Source: Geosiphon pyriformis uo1 (taxonomy: Eukaryota > Fungi > Glomeromycota). Taken from it: a stretch of 64,000 nucleotides of DNA. The stretch's first letter is position 1. The number at the start of each line of letters is the position of its first letter. The position numbers were made by a program, and so were the translations under genes. The stretch lies in the NCBI GenBank assembly GCA_016748015.1, contig JAAOMT010000429.1, forward strand, positions 186,001-250,000, in the 5' to 3' direction. Positions 63,141-64,000 of this stretch are shown piece after piece. The notes beneath the pieces are model-generated. The model was not told where the DNA came from. It was given only the letters and a program-made list of their open reading frames with translations, and made no database searches.

Positions 63141-64000
63141 ATTAAAAATTTTATAAAAATTCATTGAGTAGGCTGTTATCTTAAGATAAAATTTTTCAAA
63201 CGAAAATCTTTTTATCCTATTGCTTATACTATTGCTAAAAGAGCAAAGAGTATTATAAATTAACAAAATTGCCGTGAATTAGATTAATAAATTTTTATTT
63301 TTAATTAATAGTTTATAACTATAAATAAACAAAGATTAATAATTTAAATTTTTTTATTTGAAGACTAATATAATTAAAAAAAATTATTTTTGATAAGATT
63401 TTACTGAAAATTATTATTATAAATTGAATTTATAATATTTAATGAATTTATTTTTAATCATTATATCGTATATTTTTAAACAATTCAATTAGGTTAATTG
63501 GAACTTTTTCTTCAATATATGATTTGTTTAGTTTCTCTCAAAGATTTGTACCAATAAAAATGAACTATTTTTTCCTGGGAAATAAAATCTCAATAATGAA
63601 AATTCTTATTGATTCAAAAGGTCTAATCATCAAAAACCGCTTAATTTGGATACATGTAAGCTTTTATAAGAATATAAGCATGTCAAATGTATCATTGAGT
63701 TAACTTTTATTTTCAGGTGTTTCTCAATCACAAAATAATATTTATATTGTAAGATTTTTTGCAAAACCATTTATCAAAATCTTAATAAAAAATTCAGAAA
63801 ACTAAACTCAAATGATCCAGAAATATTAAACTGTGTACATTATTTTTCAAATGGATTAGAATTTTTAACTTAAAAACTGAAGAAATTGATATTTCGATAA
63901 AATTATTTAAAGTTTACTTTAAATTTCACTAATATAAATATTATATCATAAAATATTGTTTTAATGAATAAATAAAATTTTATTATTTCTATATTTCAAA

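Noticed and set aside
63480-63870. Possible gene relic with a GTAAG..TTTCAG intron
   Set aside because: No sustained frame or recognisable domain.

Overview
AT-rich eukaryotic genomic DNA with spliceosomal introns. It is fungal, most likely Glomeromycota; the mix of repeat families, class-3 lipase and Crinkler gene suggests a Geosiphon-like genome, but that is inference. Bases 1 to about 37,900 are a nested stack of decayed, CpG-poor retroelements. The stack holds a Ty3/Gypsy family (one full-length copy with a 4-bp TSD, one 3' half, one solo LTR) with an unusual layout: gag-PR-Cys-rich domain-dUTPase-RT-RNase H, a separate integrase ORF, and an unknown 239-aa ORF3 that runs through the PPT into the 3' LTR. 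It also holds two full-length and several partial LINEs (ORF1; APE-RT-RNase H-zinc finger ORF2; ATGA stop/start overlap). An ORF1-only, HAL1-like non-autonomous retroelement carries the LINE 3' tail. The AT deserts between these elements still translate into ghost LINE proteins. From about 38 kb the sequence keeps its CpGs and carries three intron-containing LaeA-like SAM methyltransferases (all starting MGNxxS), a class-3 lipase, a frameshifted Crinkler ubiquitin-like/REase/kinase gene and some unidentified pseudogene fragments. All alignments and translations were done by eye; no searches were run.
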